Of a stretch of 64,000 bases of DNA, positions 21,940-34,528 are shown piece by piece. The notes under the pieces were generated by a model. It saw only the letters and a list, made by a program, of their open reading frames with translations. It searched no databases and was not told the DNA's origin. Where the stretch lies: NCBI GenBank assembly GCA_964187785.1, contig OZ076416.1, positions 12,090,001 to 12,154,000 of the forward strand. The letters run 5' to 3'. How positions within the stretch are numbered: the first letter of the stretch is position 1; the number at the start of each line of letters is the position of its first letter. The position numbers and the translations under genes are program-made. This DNA comes from Amphiscolops sp. MND2022. Taxonomy: Eukaryota.

Positions 21940-22420
21940 CTTCTTGAACGTTTCAAAGTTCGTAATCCACGAAGTTGATAGAAAATTTGATAAAATTTGC
22001 ATGAAAACATTGATACTCGGGAAATTTTGGGCCTCGCTATTTTTGGGGTCTTTTTCTCATTGGAAATTGCAATTATCTCTTCATAAAAGACTACTGAACA
22101 GCAAATTTTTACCTTGTTGAACGTTTTCGACATTGTAATCCACGAATTTTATCGAATATTTGACAAACGTTGCATAAAACATTCAACTTCAGGAAATTTT
22201 CGAATTTTTCAAGTTTTTGGGTTCATGTTGATCATACCCAAAAAAGTCCATAAATCTCTACAAATACATATCGCACGGAGCTAAAATTATGTGAGTTGAA
22301 CCTTATGGGTGACACTCTTTAATTTGAATATGCATTTGGAACATGGCAAAATTTGTTTTTAAAAAATGAGGAAACGCGGCCGACAAATATTTTCCTTTCC
22401 CATATGGAATTTGGGCGGAA
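21940..22420 (-). repeat. Dispersed repeat carrying at least 2 units of a 175-bp satellite; inverted homolog of 53305-54430
   Basis: GTGAGTTGAACCTTATGGGTGACACTC is the reverse complement of GGAGTTACCCATAGAGTTCAACTCAC. AATCCACGAA anchors recur about 173 bp apart. Confidence 0.7.
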
Positions 22421-23000
22421 AATAATGAGTCATCGTTTCTGAAATGAGATTAGAATCTTGGGTCCAGTAGGTTTGGGGAGTTAATTGAATATATATTTCG
22501 TCAAAAAAAGTTTCGGTAAAATAGTCAAAGATCTGAACAAAAAACACTCGAATTTTGATCAACGTTAGCTAATTCTAACATTTACATTTTTATCATCAGT
22601 TTTTTCTAAAGCACCGATGTAAACTAGGTGGAATTCTAAGAATCTTTTATTCCTGATGTTTTTCACATTTTTCAACCGGCTTCGAGAAAATCGAGCCATA
22701 AAATTTCTCATCACAGCACTGTATTCATCAGTCTTTTGAAGTACTATCATTTACTATTTGGCAGCCGTAAAAACATGTAAAACCTTGAAACTTTTTCAAA
22801 TAAGGTTGCCTTTGTTTTTTGATGAAAACTCCTCTCCAACAATAATAGCTCAATGTTTTTCTCTATCTGTTCGAAACGAATCGAAACGAACTCGGCGCCT
22901 TGATAGTGGTTTTTTGTACTTTTTCCAATCCGTTCGAAATGATCATGAACCAGAGCCGCATGTGCGGTAAAGGAGTCGGCTTAGGTCTTTTTCCTTCTGA

Positions 23001-23345
23001 AGTCGAAAAATGGCCCTTTTTTGACCATTTTTGGGCTAATTTTGGCTATGTTTCTCACATCCCAGCCATACGATTTTGATGCCATTGCACATATAGGACT
23101 CTAATGTGGTGTAGAAGAACTGTAGAAAATTTCGTTCAAATCGTATGGACAGTTTTTGAGAAAATCGAAAAAAGTCGAAAAATGGCTGTTTTTCGGCCAT
23201 TTTTGGGCTAATTTTGGCTATGTTTCTCACATCCCAGCCATACGATTTTGATGCCATTGCGCACGCAGGGGCCCCTTTGGGTGTAGAATGACTGTGCAAA
23301 ATTTTATAAAAATTGTATGGACAGTTTTTGAGAAATTTGAAATTT
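23001..23345. repeat. Tandem repeat, 2 x 172 bp
   Basis: CCATTTTTGGGCTAATTTTGGCTATGTTTCTCACATCCCAGCCATACGATTTTGATGCCATTGC occurs at 23025 and 23197. Confidence 0.9.
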
Positions 23346-24072
23346 TCATGAAAAGGTCGGGAGAAAAAAAACAACACGATTGCATAAGTAGTCGAAAATT
23401 TTTTCCGACTCCTAAAAATTCAACTAACTGGCAAAAAGATTCAAGGGGTTCCTTTTAACATTTCAATAGCGGTATTCGATTTAAAAATCATATGGGGTTT
23501 AGGCACTGTGCGACCTCTTTCGGAATTTTTTCCATTTACAAAAGGGTCGCTTTCATGGTTTCTCGATGTTTTCAGTTCAAAAAAGTTCCTTAAACTCAGA
23601 GGTTCCTTCCTGGTTTGAGTTTTTTTTTAAAAAAAACAGTTCTTTCACGTTCTGAAGTACTCCCATTTTCTGAGCCTCTAGCAGGGCGCCAAGCAATGCC
23701 ATTTTCGTATTGTTCACAATTTGTTGTTGGGAGCAATTTTACATCAAAGTTTTCCCGCTTAAAAGGTGGATTTTCACGAAAAATAAAAAACGACTTCGGA
23801 TTTAAGCTAACTGCATAATATGAAGCAGTTCCAAAACAAAACAATACAAGCAAATAGTCTGAATCGGTCTACATAGGAACAAATTCAAGCAGAAAGAAAA
23901 AAGTACTTTATGTAATAAGTTTATTATCGTAAAATTGCTTTTCTGTACAAATAACAAATGATTGCACATAAAAATAGAAAATTTGTAAATGTTCATTAAC
24001 TACACCTGGCGAGAACTTGGAATGATGATAAAATTATAACTCAGTTTTTTCATTATAATTTCTTAATTAGTT

Positions 24073-25430
24073 CTAAACTAATCCAGAGAGTGATTTGAAA
24101 AGCTGAAGGTTCGGGTAGGAAAAGTTTGCCTGAGAGGCGTTTGGTTGATTTGCGCTGATTGTCGGAGTTGACGAGGAGAAAGGAGAGATAGATATGTTCT
24201 GATTGGTTGAAAACAAGGAAGCGTTCTGATTGGCTGAGCCGGGTGGAGAGAGAAGGCTATTAGCGGTCGTTGACCCGAATGATGACGTCAGCGGTGATCT
24301 GAAGAAAGGGTTGTTCAGCTGCTGCTGGAAAGAGGTGGCAATTCCAGGGTTTCCAGAATGTTGGTGGAAGTTCATGCCTGGAAGCATGTTTGACATCAGA
24401 CTGGCACTTCCCAAGGGTCCCCCAGTTAGGGATACACCTGTTCCGGCAGGGTTTGGGGCGACTCCTACATTCGAAGTTGAGGAATTATGGCCACCGGGGG
24501 TGGAAAAAAGCGGCGACATGGTACTGAAACCGGAACCCAGGTGAAAACTTGGGTGAGGATGTGGGTGATGATGATGATGAGGTGCCCCAGGTAAGGATGC
24601 TCCCCCCGCCATGGATCCCATGTAAAGGGAGTGGCTATTCAACAAGGCAGCGTTTACGTTAGGCGGAGGTACAGTTCCCGCGCTAATGCTACCTGCCATT
24701 TCCATCCCCGTTTTTATCTGTCTTTTTAGCTTGTTTCTCCTATTTTGGAACCAAATTTTGATCTGTTGCTCTGAAAGACCCAGATCTCTGGCTAATGTTG
24801 ACCTCTCCGAACTGGAAAGGTATCGCTTCAGGTCAAACATTGTTTCCAACTGACCCACTTGGGTGCGGGAAAATACAGTCCTGGTTTTCTTTTTCCTGAC
24901 CCCTGATCCATCTTCTTCGTATTCTTCTTCGTCTTCCAAATCTTCTTCGTTGCTGTTATCTTCATCAGAAGAAAGTCGCCCATGGTCGCTTCTTCCACAA
25001 TCAACTTCAACTTCTATTTCTTCCGTTTCTTCCTCTGTAAAATCCTTTCCCTCTCTTTTCCCATTACTTTTCATTCCGTTTTTCCCGCCATTCCTCAATT
25101 GTCCATACTTATCCAATGAAAACAAAGTATCACCGCCTTCAAGTATCTCCTTTTTTGGACTGGTTTCGTCAAAAACGTTCACCCCTTTTTCCGAGGAGAG
25201 GGTTAAGCTAGCTGTGGTAGCGGCAGTAACGGCAGTTGTGAATGACATTCGAACTGATTCCGGCAGCTCCGCGATAATGTTCAAGGGCAAACTGCTGACA
25301 GGTATTAGCAGGTTGTTGAAATTCGAAGTTGTGTTTGTTGTGATGGTGGTTTTCTCAAAGTCTTTCAGTCTCTCGAATTCAGAATCGGCTGATTTTGGAC
25401 GGCTGTTGTTCGCGTTTGAAAGGGCGTCTA
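24073..25430 (-). CDS. Hmx: Hmx/Nkx5 homeobox gene, exon 2 (homeodomain 24897-24718)
   Basis: [60 protein letters not shown] has the Hmx-diagnostic [11 protein letters not shown]...FD.KRYLSS. Acceptor TTTTTCCATTTCAG| at 25431, phase 1. Confidence 0.9.
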
Positions 25431-26146
25431 CTGAAATGGAAAAATAACGAAGAGTTTGATAAAGTTTCAAGTTGGTTTTTCAATTTTAGCGAAAACAATT
25501 CTCGGCAATAGTCAGTTCTACCTTATAAGTATAAAATCTGTTTCGCATTTTTTCGAGTTTATAAATCAACTATGGATCTAGTAGTACATGGTCTTCATTT
25601 TTTTCAATAAAAAAACATCCTTGCAAGATTTTTTGAAACAGATTCCTACAGTCCGATTATCATACTTTGTTCGTTACAAACTAATCATGAACTGCAACTT
25701 CTATTTAACCGTACTGAAAACTGATCATCTTACTAGCTGACTCAATGGTTCATCATTTCCACAAACTTTTTGACCCATTTGAACAATATTGATTTTTTAA
25801 AACTTAAAACTAGGTTGAGTGTTTGAACTGACTATATTTGAACACTCTGAGCGTAAGTAACACTGTGAGAGCTCAACTAAATTTTCAAGCTATACTAACA
25901 TTCTTAGCTTTCAGGTCTAGATTTTTTTCATGAATTTTTGAATTAAATGAGGACGATTCAATTGAGGACGATTTATTGTATAGATTGGCAATTTATCAGA
26001 TTTAAAACTGTAAAAACTTTTTCAGAAATTTAGTCTAGAAGAAAACAATTGATAAAAGTTTTTTAACAATCTCCATCAATTTTTCCCAAGTTAATCAGCA
26101 CTTAATGAATTAAATTGAAAAAAAATAAGCTAAAAGTGATTTTTAC

Positions 26147-26528
26147 CTGATAAAGGTTCAGCAACAGAGGCAAATTGTTTCATTTCGGATTTGATTTTGG
26201 TATTGTTCTTTTTCCCTTCAGGAGTCCTATGTTGTTCTATTCTGCTTCTTTCAATCTTTTCCACAGTGTCTGCATTTTCTTTTGTTCCCGGGGAAGCCTG
26301 TTTCTGTTTTTCAACCAACGTTTCTTGTTGACCTCTGTTTTGCTCGGTGTTTGCGGCCAAAAGATTCGAAATTGAGAAGGACGATGAAAACTTTTTGGGT
26401 CCGCGTGAAGAATTCTTGTTGACCATGGCAAGAGAGTCGGAAGTTGATGAACAAACACCGGAGCTGCTCTTTTTCCGACTTCCGGTCGTGCTTTCCTCCA
26501 GGTCTGAACAAGTTTTTTCGCTCTTCAT
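26147..26528 (-). CDS. Hmx: Hmx exon 1 containing the eh1 (Groucho-binding) motif FSISNLL at 26358-26378
   Basis: ATG at 26528 with an in-frame stop upstream. Donor TCAG|GTAAAA at 26146 is phase 1 and splices in frame to exon 2 (PLS-V-DALSN), giving 579 aa. eh1 is typical of NK-class N-termini. Confidence 0.8.
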
Positions 26529-27539
26529 ATTTGGTTTTCTCCTTTTTCAATCAGTTCTTTTTCAACAGGTGTGAAATTTCAATTGCGATGTTGAAAAATT
26601 GTTCAACTTCAATTTTGACACTTTCTTGGAGATTTCTTGCTCTCCTTGCGTTTTCAGGTGTTTAAAAGTTAAAGTTGGTATCTGAAGATAATCCAATGCA
26701 GACGAATGATGAGACTTTTTGATAACTTTATTGAATTATTGGAATGTTTGTATATAAATTACAAAGATTTGTATATTTATATACTTCTCCGGTAATCTAC
26801 TCAGTCTATACTGCTTCGGACCAGCGCTGGCGTTTTTTGTGGTCGTCTGGGTACGAAATGAAAGTGAGTTATTGAGTTTCTGTGATCTGAAACTTCTGAA
26901 GTCTTCGTTTATTTGGCTCTCATTGCTCGCTCTGGCTCGGTTTTTGCTGATTAAGATGCCAAATATTCGTCTACTTGTGTCTGGCCAAACTGGGTGCTCG
27001 CCACTGGATTCTTTTGTCTGGATCTTGAAGTCTCTGAAACTTCTGAAACCTCTGGCGTCCAACGAAAATCTGGTGCGGAGAAAAATCGAGGCGACGGTCG
27101 GTTTGGATTTTCTTCTGGTTTGATTTGGTAATGCAAAAATTGGTGATAAAAATTAGCAAAAGTCGACGATCCGGAGATGCGATAGTAAAACGAGTTTTGG
27201 TTTGAGATGAGTTTTTGAGTGGCTGAGAAATGCAATTAGCTGGAGCTAATAGCGCCAGTCGAATGAAGGTTTAGAGCCAGAGGTCTTCTTTAAAAGCGGT
27301 AAAAGTATAAAAAGATAAAAAATATTTTAGTTATTCTAGTTATTTTAACTGTGGCTAAAATTGAGTTATTGTGCCTATTGAGTTGTTTTAGCAGCTGTTT
27401 ATTTAACAAACAACAAGAGCTTTAGACTAGAAAGTCAAGCAGCTATCCAATGGGCTTGAAGAGTCTTGATTAAGCAATAAAATTGGTTAAAAGCTCATTT
27501 CAAATCTAATCATATCTAATCATAACAAATGAGAGACTA

Positions 27540-28080
27540 GTTAAGAAGAGTAGTTAAATTCTAATCGCCATCGTCGCGCCACAACAGTAGCCAGTGTTCT
27601 TTCTCTCTCTGGCTCTTTCTCTGGCTATCACTGGCTCGAGTCTAGTCCACTTCTAGCCAGCCATTGGCGGCCGGCCGACACAGGCCAGCAAAGCGCGCTG
27701 CCAGCTAATTAGAACCAGAGCCGCAGCCGGATCATTTTGTGGCGACACTCTCAAAGTCTGGACTGCCAAATTTACCGTCGCCCGGCTGTTGTGGGTCCAT
27801 AACACCTGGCAACAGGTAAACCAGGGGTGATCATTTGATTGGGGGGGGGGTTGGATTTGTTGAGATTTGTCTGGTGAGCTTACCCGGGCTATTGTGAACC
27901 AAATGAGCAGGGCCGGCATAAATTGCTGGGTGAGTTTTGGCGTTGCAACTTTGCACCAGACCCGTTTTTGGTGGCTGTCAAATTTGGATTCTTGCAGCCG
28001 GAGAAAAGCATTAGAACAATTCCGGGACCTATGGCGCCATTTCCGCAATCCCAAATTGCCTAATTGGTTTATCTGTTTAT
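27540..28080. promoter_or_regulatory. Putative Hmx promoter/proximal enhancer island
   Basis: GC-elevated tract with no recognised TE, 1.0-1.5 kb upstream of the ATG, containing CT/GA repeats, CCAAT-like boxes and TAATTA/TAATTG sites. Function is inferred. Confidence 0.4.
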
Positions 28081-29174
28081 AACTAATGCCACTCTGTAAC
28101 TACAATTAAAAGACTACAATACACTACAGTAGTGTACATTTCAATTTAATCAAAATATGTATTCGGTATTCGCATACAATAAAGTTTCACTTTTTATTAG
28201 AGTTTTCTATTTTTCTGCTATAGTGGTTTTAATTCTTCAGAAGCATCTCTGGCTTCATCTGGCTGCGAGTTCCAGTCTTTTAGTCTGGAACACGGTGATT
28301 AATAGCCGTCTGATCCGGATTGACTGAAACAAGATCACCAAATGTCTTTATCATCAGAAATGGCTGAAAAGAGCCAATTAATGCATTTTATAATTAACCA
28401 TTTGGTTAATAATTTCATTATAACTCAATTCTTCGTCTCCATGATTCTTATATGTTAACTGTAATTCACAGTTCGACCTGAACTTTTGCCAAAACAGATT
28501 AAAGCAACAAAAAATAAATGTTTACGTGCTCCAATGAAAATGTTATATTGCTATTAAAGTTTGGGCTTAAGCGTTGGGCTTAATAATTATGAAATTCCAA
28601 TGATTTGTTGAGAAAAAACTTCGAAGTTGTTTTTCAAAATTCTTTACCCAAAAATATCCCAAAATCCCCGGGACGTTTTCTTATAATCACAGTACTGTAT
28701 TAAGTGACCCGCAAAAAACGGTAAACATGAAAATTTCTCAATTTTGACAACGAAAACATTTGTCGACAAGATTCATTTTGTCACTTGTCGATTATTCAGA
28801 ACTACAGCCGTTTCGACGAAGACATTCCAGAATCACTCTTCGTTTTGTTTACCGCATTCTGATGTTTTGTTTATCCATATTTGGTTCTGCACTCGAGCAA
28901 AAAATTATACATGTACGGTTTTTTGCGGGTCACCAAATAACATTTTTGCGTAGAAAGTCCGTAATGCATTTTTTTGTGTTTGCACGGTGTAAATATTATA
29001 ATTACAACCTGCTGGTTGTTTACCAAAAACACTTCCGGCAACTGAAGTAATGAAATTCACACCATCCAAATTTGGTAAACTCTTTTCTTTGTTTCGCTAA
29101 AGTGAAGTTTTCTTCGAAATTGTTACCTACGTATATGTGGATCTTCGCTAAATAAAAGGATGCTTCGTTAAAAC

Positions 29175-29294
29175 CTGATTTTGAATCGTTAAAATTTTGA
29201 AGCTTCCACTAAATTTTGAAGCAACGTGCTATGGTCAATTTTCGTTTTTTAAAATTTTAGTGGAAGCTTCAAAATTTTAACGATTCAAAATCAG
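29175..29294. repeat. Perfect 39-bp inverted repeat with a 42-bp spacer
   Basis: CTGATTTTGAATCGTTAAAATTTTGAAGCTTCCACTAAA (29175-29213) and its exact reverse complement (29256-29294). Confidence 0.95.
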
Positions 29295-29555
29295 CTTTTT
29301 CGTATACTGTACACAGTATATGTTGTAAGATTATCATACATGATACAGTTTGCTTCGTTTTGAACGTTTTTCACAAAAAAAAAAACGAAAATAAAACAAT
29401 TCAAAATCAGCTTTTCTGTACAGCATATGTTATCTGAATATCATACATGATATCAAATTTGCTCGTTTTTGAACGTTTTTCACAAAAAAAAAACGAAAAT
29501 AAAACAATTCAAAATCAGCTTTTCCGTACTGCATATGTTATCAGAATATCATACA
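29283..29555. repeat. Tandem repeat of about 110-bp units; the third unit is split by a MITE
   Basis: ATTCAAAATCAGC occurs at 29283, 29399 and 29506. The unit resumes after 30018. Confidence 0.8.
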
Positions 29556-30018
29556 CAGGGACTCCGACAAAAAATAATTTTTATGGAAATAATGGCCACA
29601 AATTATTTATTTTTCATCACGAAAATGAAAATTATTCATTCTCAGATAGAATTTAGGGAAATAATTTATTACACAAACTTAAAATAATTTAAGATAATTT
29701 TGACGCCAACAGTAGTAGAAAGCAAACGAAAAGCGTGATCAAACTTTTTCATTTGTCAAGCAAATAACACACTCAAGACACGACATCACACCAATGCACT
29801 TGGAAGCTGAACTCTTATCAATCACAAAAAATTCTGGGATGTCGAATTGATTTCGTGCATAATGTAATTTGAGTTTTGCTATTCAAATTGTTTCGGAAAT
29901 TTACCATTATTTATTTTTTTTCAGAAAGTTAGAGAATTAATTTATTTTTTGCGAAGTATTGGGGAAATTATTGATAGCTTCACGTCCATTAAATGCCATT
30001 ATTTTTACGGAGTCCCTG
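29556..30018. mobile_element. hAT-type MITE (463 bp)
   Basis: 11-bp TIR CAGGGACTCCG/CGGAGTCCCTG; 8-bp TSD ATCATACA/GTCATACA (7 of 8 match). Confidence 0.85.
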
Positions 30019-31796
30019 GTCATACATGATATCAAATTTACTTGTTTTTGATTTTTTTCCAGAAAAAAACGCAAAGAATACATGGCGACTGAAACCCTGG
30101 GACAAGCCGTAAATTTTGGGCGCAATAATTGTTTGTCTGCGGTTTGATGTCATTAATGCCATTCACTGATTGATGAACAAATCAAATATATCGATTATCG
30201 ATTCAAATGCAACATTATTCCATGATAATTATTGCGACACGCTACCGGCTAGTCTACCGCCTCCCTCGGTTGAATTATTTATAACTAAAATAGTTATAAC
30301 AACAATTGAAATGGAATAAAGCATGTTCACGTTCAGTAGACACGGTGCAATTAAGCATTGCGCAATCACATTAGCAATGTGCAATTAACAGAAGCTCCGT
30401 CCAAGTGACGACGGATTAGAAAGTTGAAACAATGGATGTGAAATGGACAGGCGCCGGAATTTGACAGGATGGGAGAGAAATCCAATGGAAAATAGGGGGG
30501 ATAGTTTAGACTGTGGAATAACCCGACCCACAATTTTAGATCGGCAGTCTCCCAAATAATCGGTAGCTAATTTACTTTGGCGACACTGGCAATTGTTTGG
30601 CCAATAAAACCTCGCCTATCAGGCAGACATGTTATCGTTTAAATAGTGACAATGCGGGTTATATTATACAGGGGGGTTTGGCTTTTCAATTTCAAATCGA
30701 GATCATAAAAACTCAAAACGCTCCTATAAGTCTACAGGACGACTAAATTGAAAATTCAACTATTTTATATAAAAGAAAATTCAACTATTTTATATGAAAT
30801 TGTAACAAAATTGCTCATTTTTTGAATTTTGAAAGAAAATATATTGAAAAATCATTCACAGTCAGCCAATTAGGTCTCAAACGATCGAAGCGTCGGCCCA
30901 ATTTGAAAATTGGCTCCAGACACTAATCTATAATTTGTACCTGGGGCTGTTTACAATTATTTACCGCCAGTTGATCAGACAAGCGATTGTCAATTGCCGC
31001 CACAAAAGCGCCCATTGCGAAATTTGATCCCATTGAAATGACGGCATTTAATGCAATTGAAATTGGATCAAAATGTATTTCATAATTTCCCTCCTTTTGC
31101 GTATTACGCCATGAAAACATGAACCGTCAGTCAATTGATATACTTGGATATTTTGTAGAATTGTTTCAATAAAATGAGAACACGGGAGATTAGAACCTTG
31201 CCGAGCAGATTTTTTAAAAGAACGATAGAAATTCGTGAAAAACTATATGAAATTTTAAAAGGTTTCAATATTTTTGTTTCCATGATTTTCATTTCCATCA
31301 TCGTGTCTTGAATTATCGAATATTAAACATACCCTGCTTGCCAATGGCGACATTTTGAGTCTGCAAGAGTAGAAACCTAAAGCAAGATCCTGCCCTCGAC
31401 ATTTAGAATTTTTCAAAATCTTATACCTGGTTTCTATTGGAAACCTCATAGAACTGACTACACCACGTTTTTGCTAACTAACAATATCGATAGTCACAAT
31501 AATCATCGATTGTACACCGTTCAGCAAATGATTCTGGTTTTCCGATTGAGTTAAAAAAAACGATATGGTGTCAAAAAAACTTGAATGCTCATAACGAGCA
31601 CTGTATATAGACTGCCCATTTTTCAACTTTCGAATACGAGTTTTGTTTTCAAACGGTTTAACAAACAGAAAAATAGCATTTTTTTCCAAATACGAAACTT
31701 TTTTCAGCTTGCACCTTCAATGTCATAATCAGTTCAGAACCAGTCCACAAGGGAGTTCTCATACAGTTGCCGGAAATACCGACAGGGTGGTATAGA

Positions 31797-32136
31797 CACA
31801 AGACGGGAACGTCCCAAGTCGGCGCCATATCTAAGGCTCAAAGATAACAAAAGGACTTCAAAATGTCAAAGTATTGGTGAATTGAGGACCCTTTTATGAA
31901 AAAAAATTGAAAAAAAAGTCTCACAATGCCGAAAAAACTGAAAGGGGGACCCTTTGGCCTCGTTGAGTTTCTTAGATGATTTAAAAATACTACTCCGTAA
32001 GCTAAGTAAGAATTGTAAGAAATTTTAAAATTGTAAGAAAAGTGGACCACTCAGAGTGAGATTGTCAACTGAAACAAAACTACTCACTGTAATAGTCGGG
32101 CTTTTTTCCTTAAGGGAAAAGGCGCCGGCTAAAAAC
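31797..32136 (-). mobile_element. Helentron-like HINE copy
   Basis: ACAAGACGGGAACGTCCCAAGTCGGCGCC at the left end and GTCGGG...GGCGCCGGCTAAAAA at the right end, matching the family termini in reverse. Confidence 0.7.
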
Positions 32137-33202
32137 AAAAGGGGCAAGATGATAAAGGTAAAGCACACCTGTAGAATTTTGTAAAATAGCTTTAACAACA
32201 AGTCAAATTGTACCAGATTTCTGCCTCAACAAACGGCCAAATTGCTCTAGTACTACTCAATTGAACCAAAAGGAACCAGTAACGAGACAAGAACCTGTCT
32301 GAACATCCGCAAAAATTTATGAAGTTCGTAAAAAATTCGAAGAACGCGGGTGGAAGAGTGACTAAAAACTCACGAATCTTTATAAAATCTACTACTTTCA
32401 CTTTTTGGGGATTGTCTCTTTGCTCTTTGGCTATTCGGAAAAGTGTATGAACTCATAAAAGATTTAATGTCACAGAGTTACTATAAAACTGTCAAATAAA
32501 TAATACGGCTAATACTTGAAATGGGGAGGTCACATCCACGAATTTTAGAATGGATAATATTTGAAGAGACAACGCCAAATAAAAACAAACAATTGCACAC
32601 CAAGAAATAAACAAAGTTCAGCAAGATAGCTATCCAGGAGGATAAGTTGAGCGATTTTGTTGAAATTCGTTTGGTTCAAATAACTCGCTGAAATTATCTA
32701 ACGGTTCTTAGAGTCAGAGCAAAAGAGCAAGCAAAAGAGCTGACTGCTTTTCTGGTGGACCCGGTCCACGTTAGGAATCTACGCACGCATGAGATCCGCC
32801 AACCTCTTCAGTCCCGACTTACACATAAACTCCTACCGATAAGGTCCCTTGACCCCGCGTAAAGTCTAACATGCGTCTCACGGCCTTAAAGCGAGTCTCA
32901 AATGAAAGTGGCGAAGACTTGAATTTCGCTTTTTACTTAGGAGGAATTAAATGTGCCAGATTTTGACCCGGAATCACATCTAGAGTTTGACAAGTCCCAG
33001 ACTTTTCCCCGTGAATAAAGTAAATCTGCAATCTCTAGTCCCGGAGTCAAAGACTCTATGGATGGTAGCAAAGAAGCAAACCGTTCTCTACACTTTAACT
33101 CTGGATAACACACACTCTTTCGGACAATAGTTTGGAACATTAGTCATTCTTTTCTTGGGTTTTTATCGCGACATTAGTCTTTGGTCAACCAGTCGCTAAA
33201 TA

Positions 33203-34206
33203 CCCGGGTTGACCCTCTTACTAGCATCTTGGCTGTCTTGGCAAGATCTTGCCAAATTCTTACTACATCTTGGCAACCATGGATCCCATGGCAAGATTCT
33301 TATTAAGATCTTACAAAGATAATACTTATTCCAAGATCGTATCTTATCACGATGGACAAAATTTTAAGATCATAAAAAAACACTATATCTTCGGTACAAT
33401 CAGCCGAGACTCAATCTAAAGGCTCATTTCACCCAACAACGACTATTTCTACTCGTTTTCATAATCAAAATGCTTAAACCTGCTGAAAAAATTTTGCATG
33501 CAAAAATGCGTGAAAAATTACGATAACGTATTCTTGCTTCCGAAATTTTGACGAGAATCCTAATAAGTCCTCACCTGTTTAAGACTGAGAAATGCGAATG
33601 TACCAACTGAAAGGTCATTTCAAGGGCCTTCCAAAACTTGTAATGTATCACTGCTGACGATTCCAGAGACGGAGAAATATGCTCTCAAACGTCCAGACCC
33701 ACTATCGGAAAGTTACAAAGGGAAGACCTTAAAATCCGGAAATTTTTGTAAAAACCATATTTCCAGCTTTCTTTGAGCCTGTTTCAGCAGCCTTATTACT
33801 GCTAGAATTGGCGGTCATTGCAATAATTTGGGTAACGTTTCAGCTCGAAGCTTTTCTGATTCCGTTGTTGGCGAAAGTTTTGCAATTGAAAGAACAGATT
33901 AACCAGCCTTCCTAAATAAATATCTCTTCAACCAAATTTCATATATTGCTAACAGAAATTTTAATGTCTAACAATATAAATCTGCAGAAATGTTGATTTT
34001 TGTTGACTTCCTTTCAGATTTTTTCTTTCCAAATAGGATTTTACAATAAAAGTTTTCTTGGAAACAAGGCTCTCTTGATAAGATCTTACCATGGCATCTT
34101 ACAATTCTTGGCATTATCTTGTCACGATCTTAGCTAAGATTTTTCCAAGATCTTGGCCAGATCTTGCCAAGATTTTACTAAGATATCCATGGAGGGTCGA
34201 CCCTGG
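33203..34206. mobile_element. Non-autonomous TIR element flanked by TA, with subterminal CAAGATCTTG palindrome arrays
   Basis: TIR CCCGGGTTGACCCTC vs CCAGGGTCGACCCTC (13 of 15 match), TA on both sides, and dense GCAAGATCTTGCC motifs near both ends. Superfamily not assigned. Confidence 0.7.
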
Positions 34207-34528
34207 TAAGAGAGCGAAAGAATTCCTAGTTTGGCACGGATGTTTACTGCGACTTTCTGTTTTGAGATTTTTGCCGGAGCTTCAGTCACGTGTTTCTGTC
34301 AATCAAGGATTCTTGTTCTACTTCGTTTTCAATAAAAACTTAGTGGAATTCAAATGATTCAAATTAAAGCTATTCGGTTACTATTATTTAGTATTTAGAA
34401 TTTAGTCGGTTTTTAATTGATAAGTTCATTCGGTAGGTGTGTCGGCTTCTTCATTGGTCGCGCACACATGAACACTACCATTTCAGCGATTAAGTTATAG
34501 TTTCCATCTATAATAGCAACGCTACGAT

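Noticed and set aside
24230-25447. Plus-strand ORFs of 104 and 194 aa overlapping Hmx
   Set aside because: These are antisense shadows of a low-complexity coding exon, with no independent motifs.
26736-27235. ORFs upstream of Hmx exon 1 as an additional coding exon
   Set aside because: They have no ATG-led frame with recognisable motifs, contain short internal repeats, and Hmx exon 1 has an in-frame stop upstream of its ATG. More likely 5' UTR.
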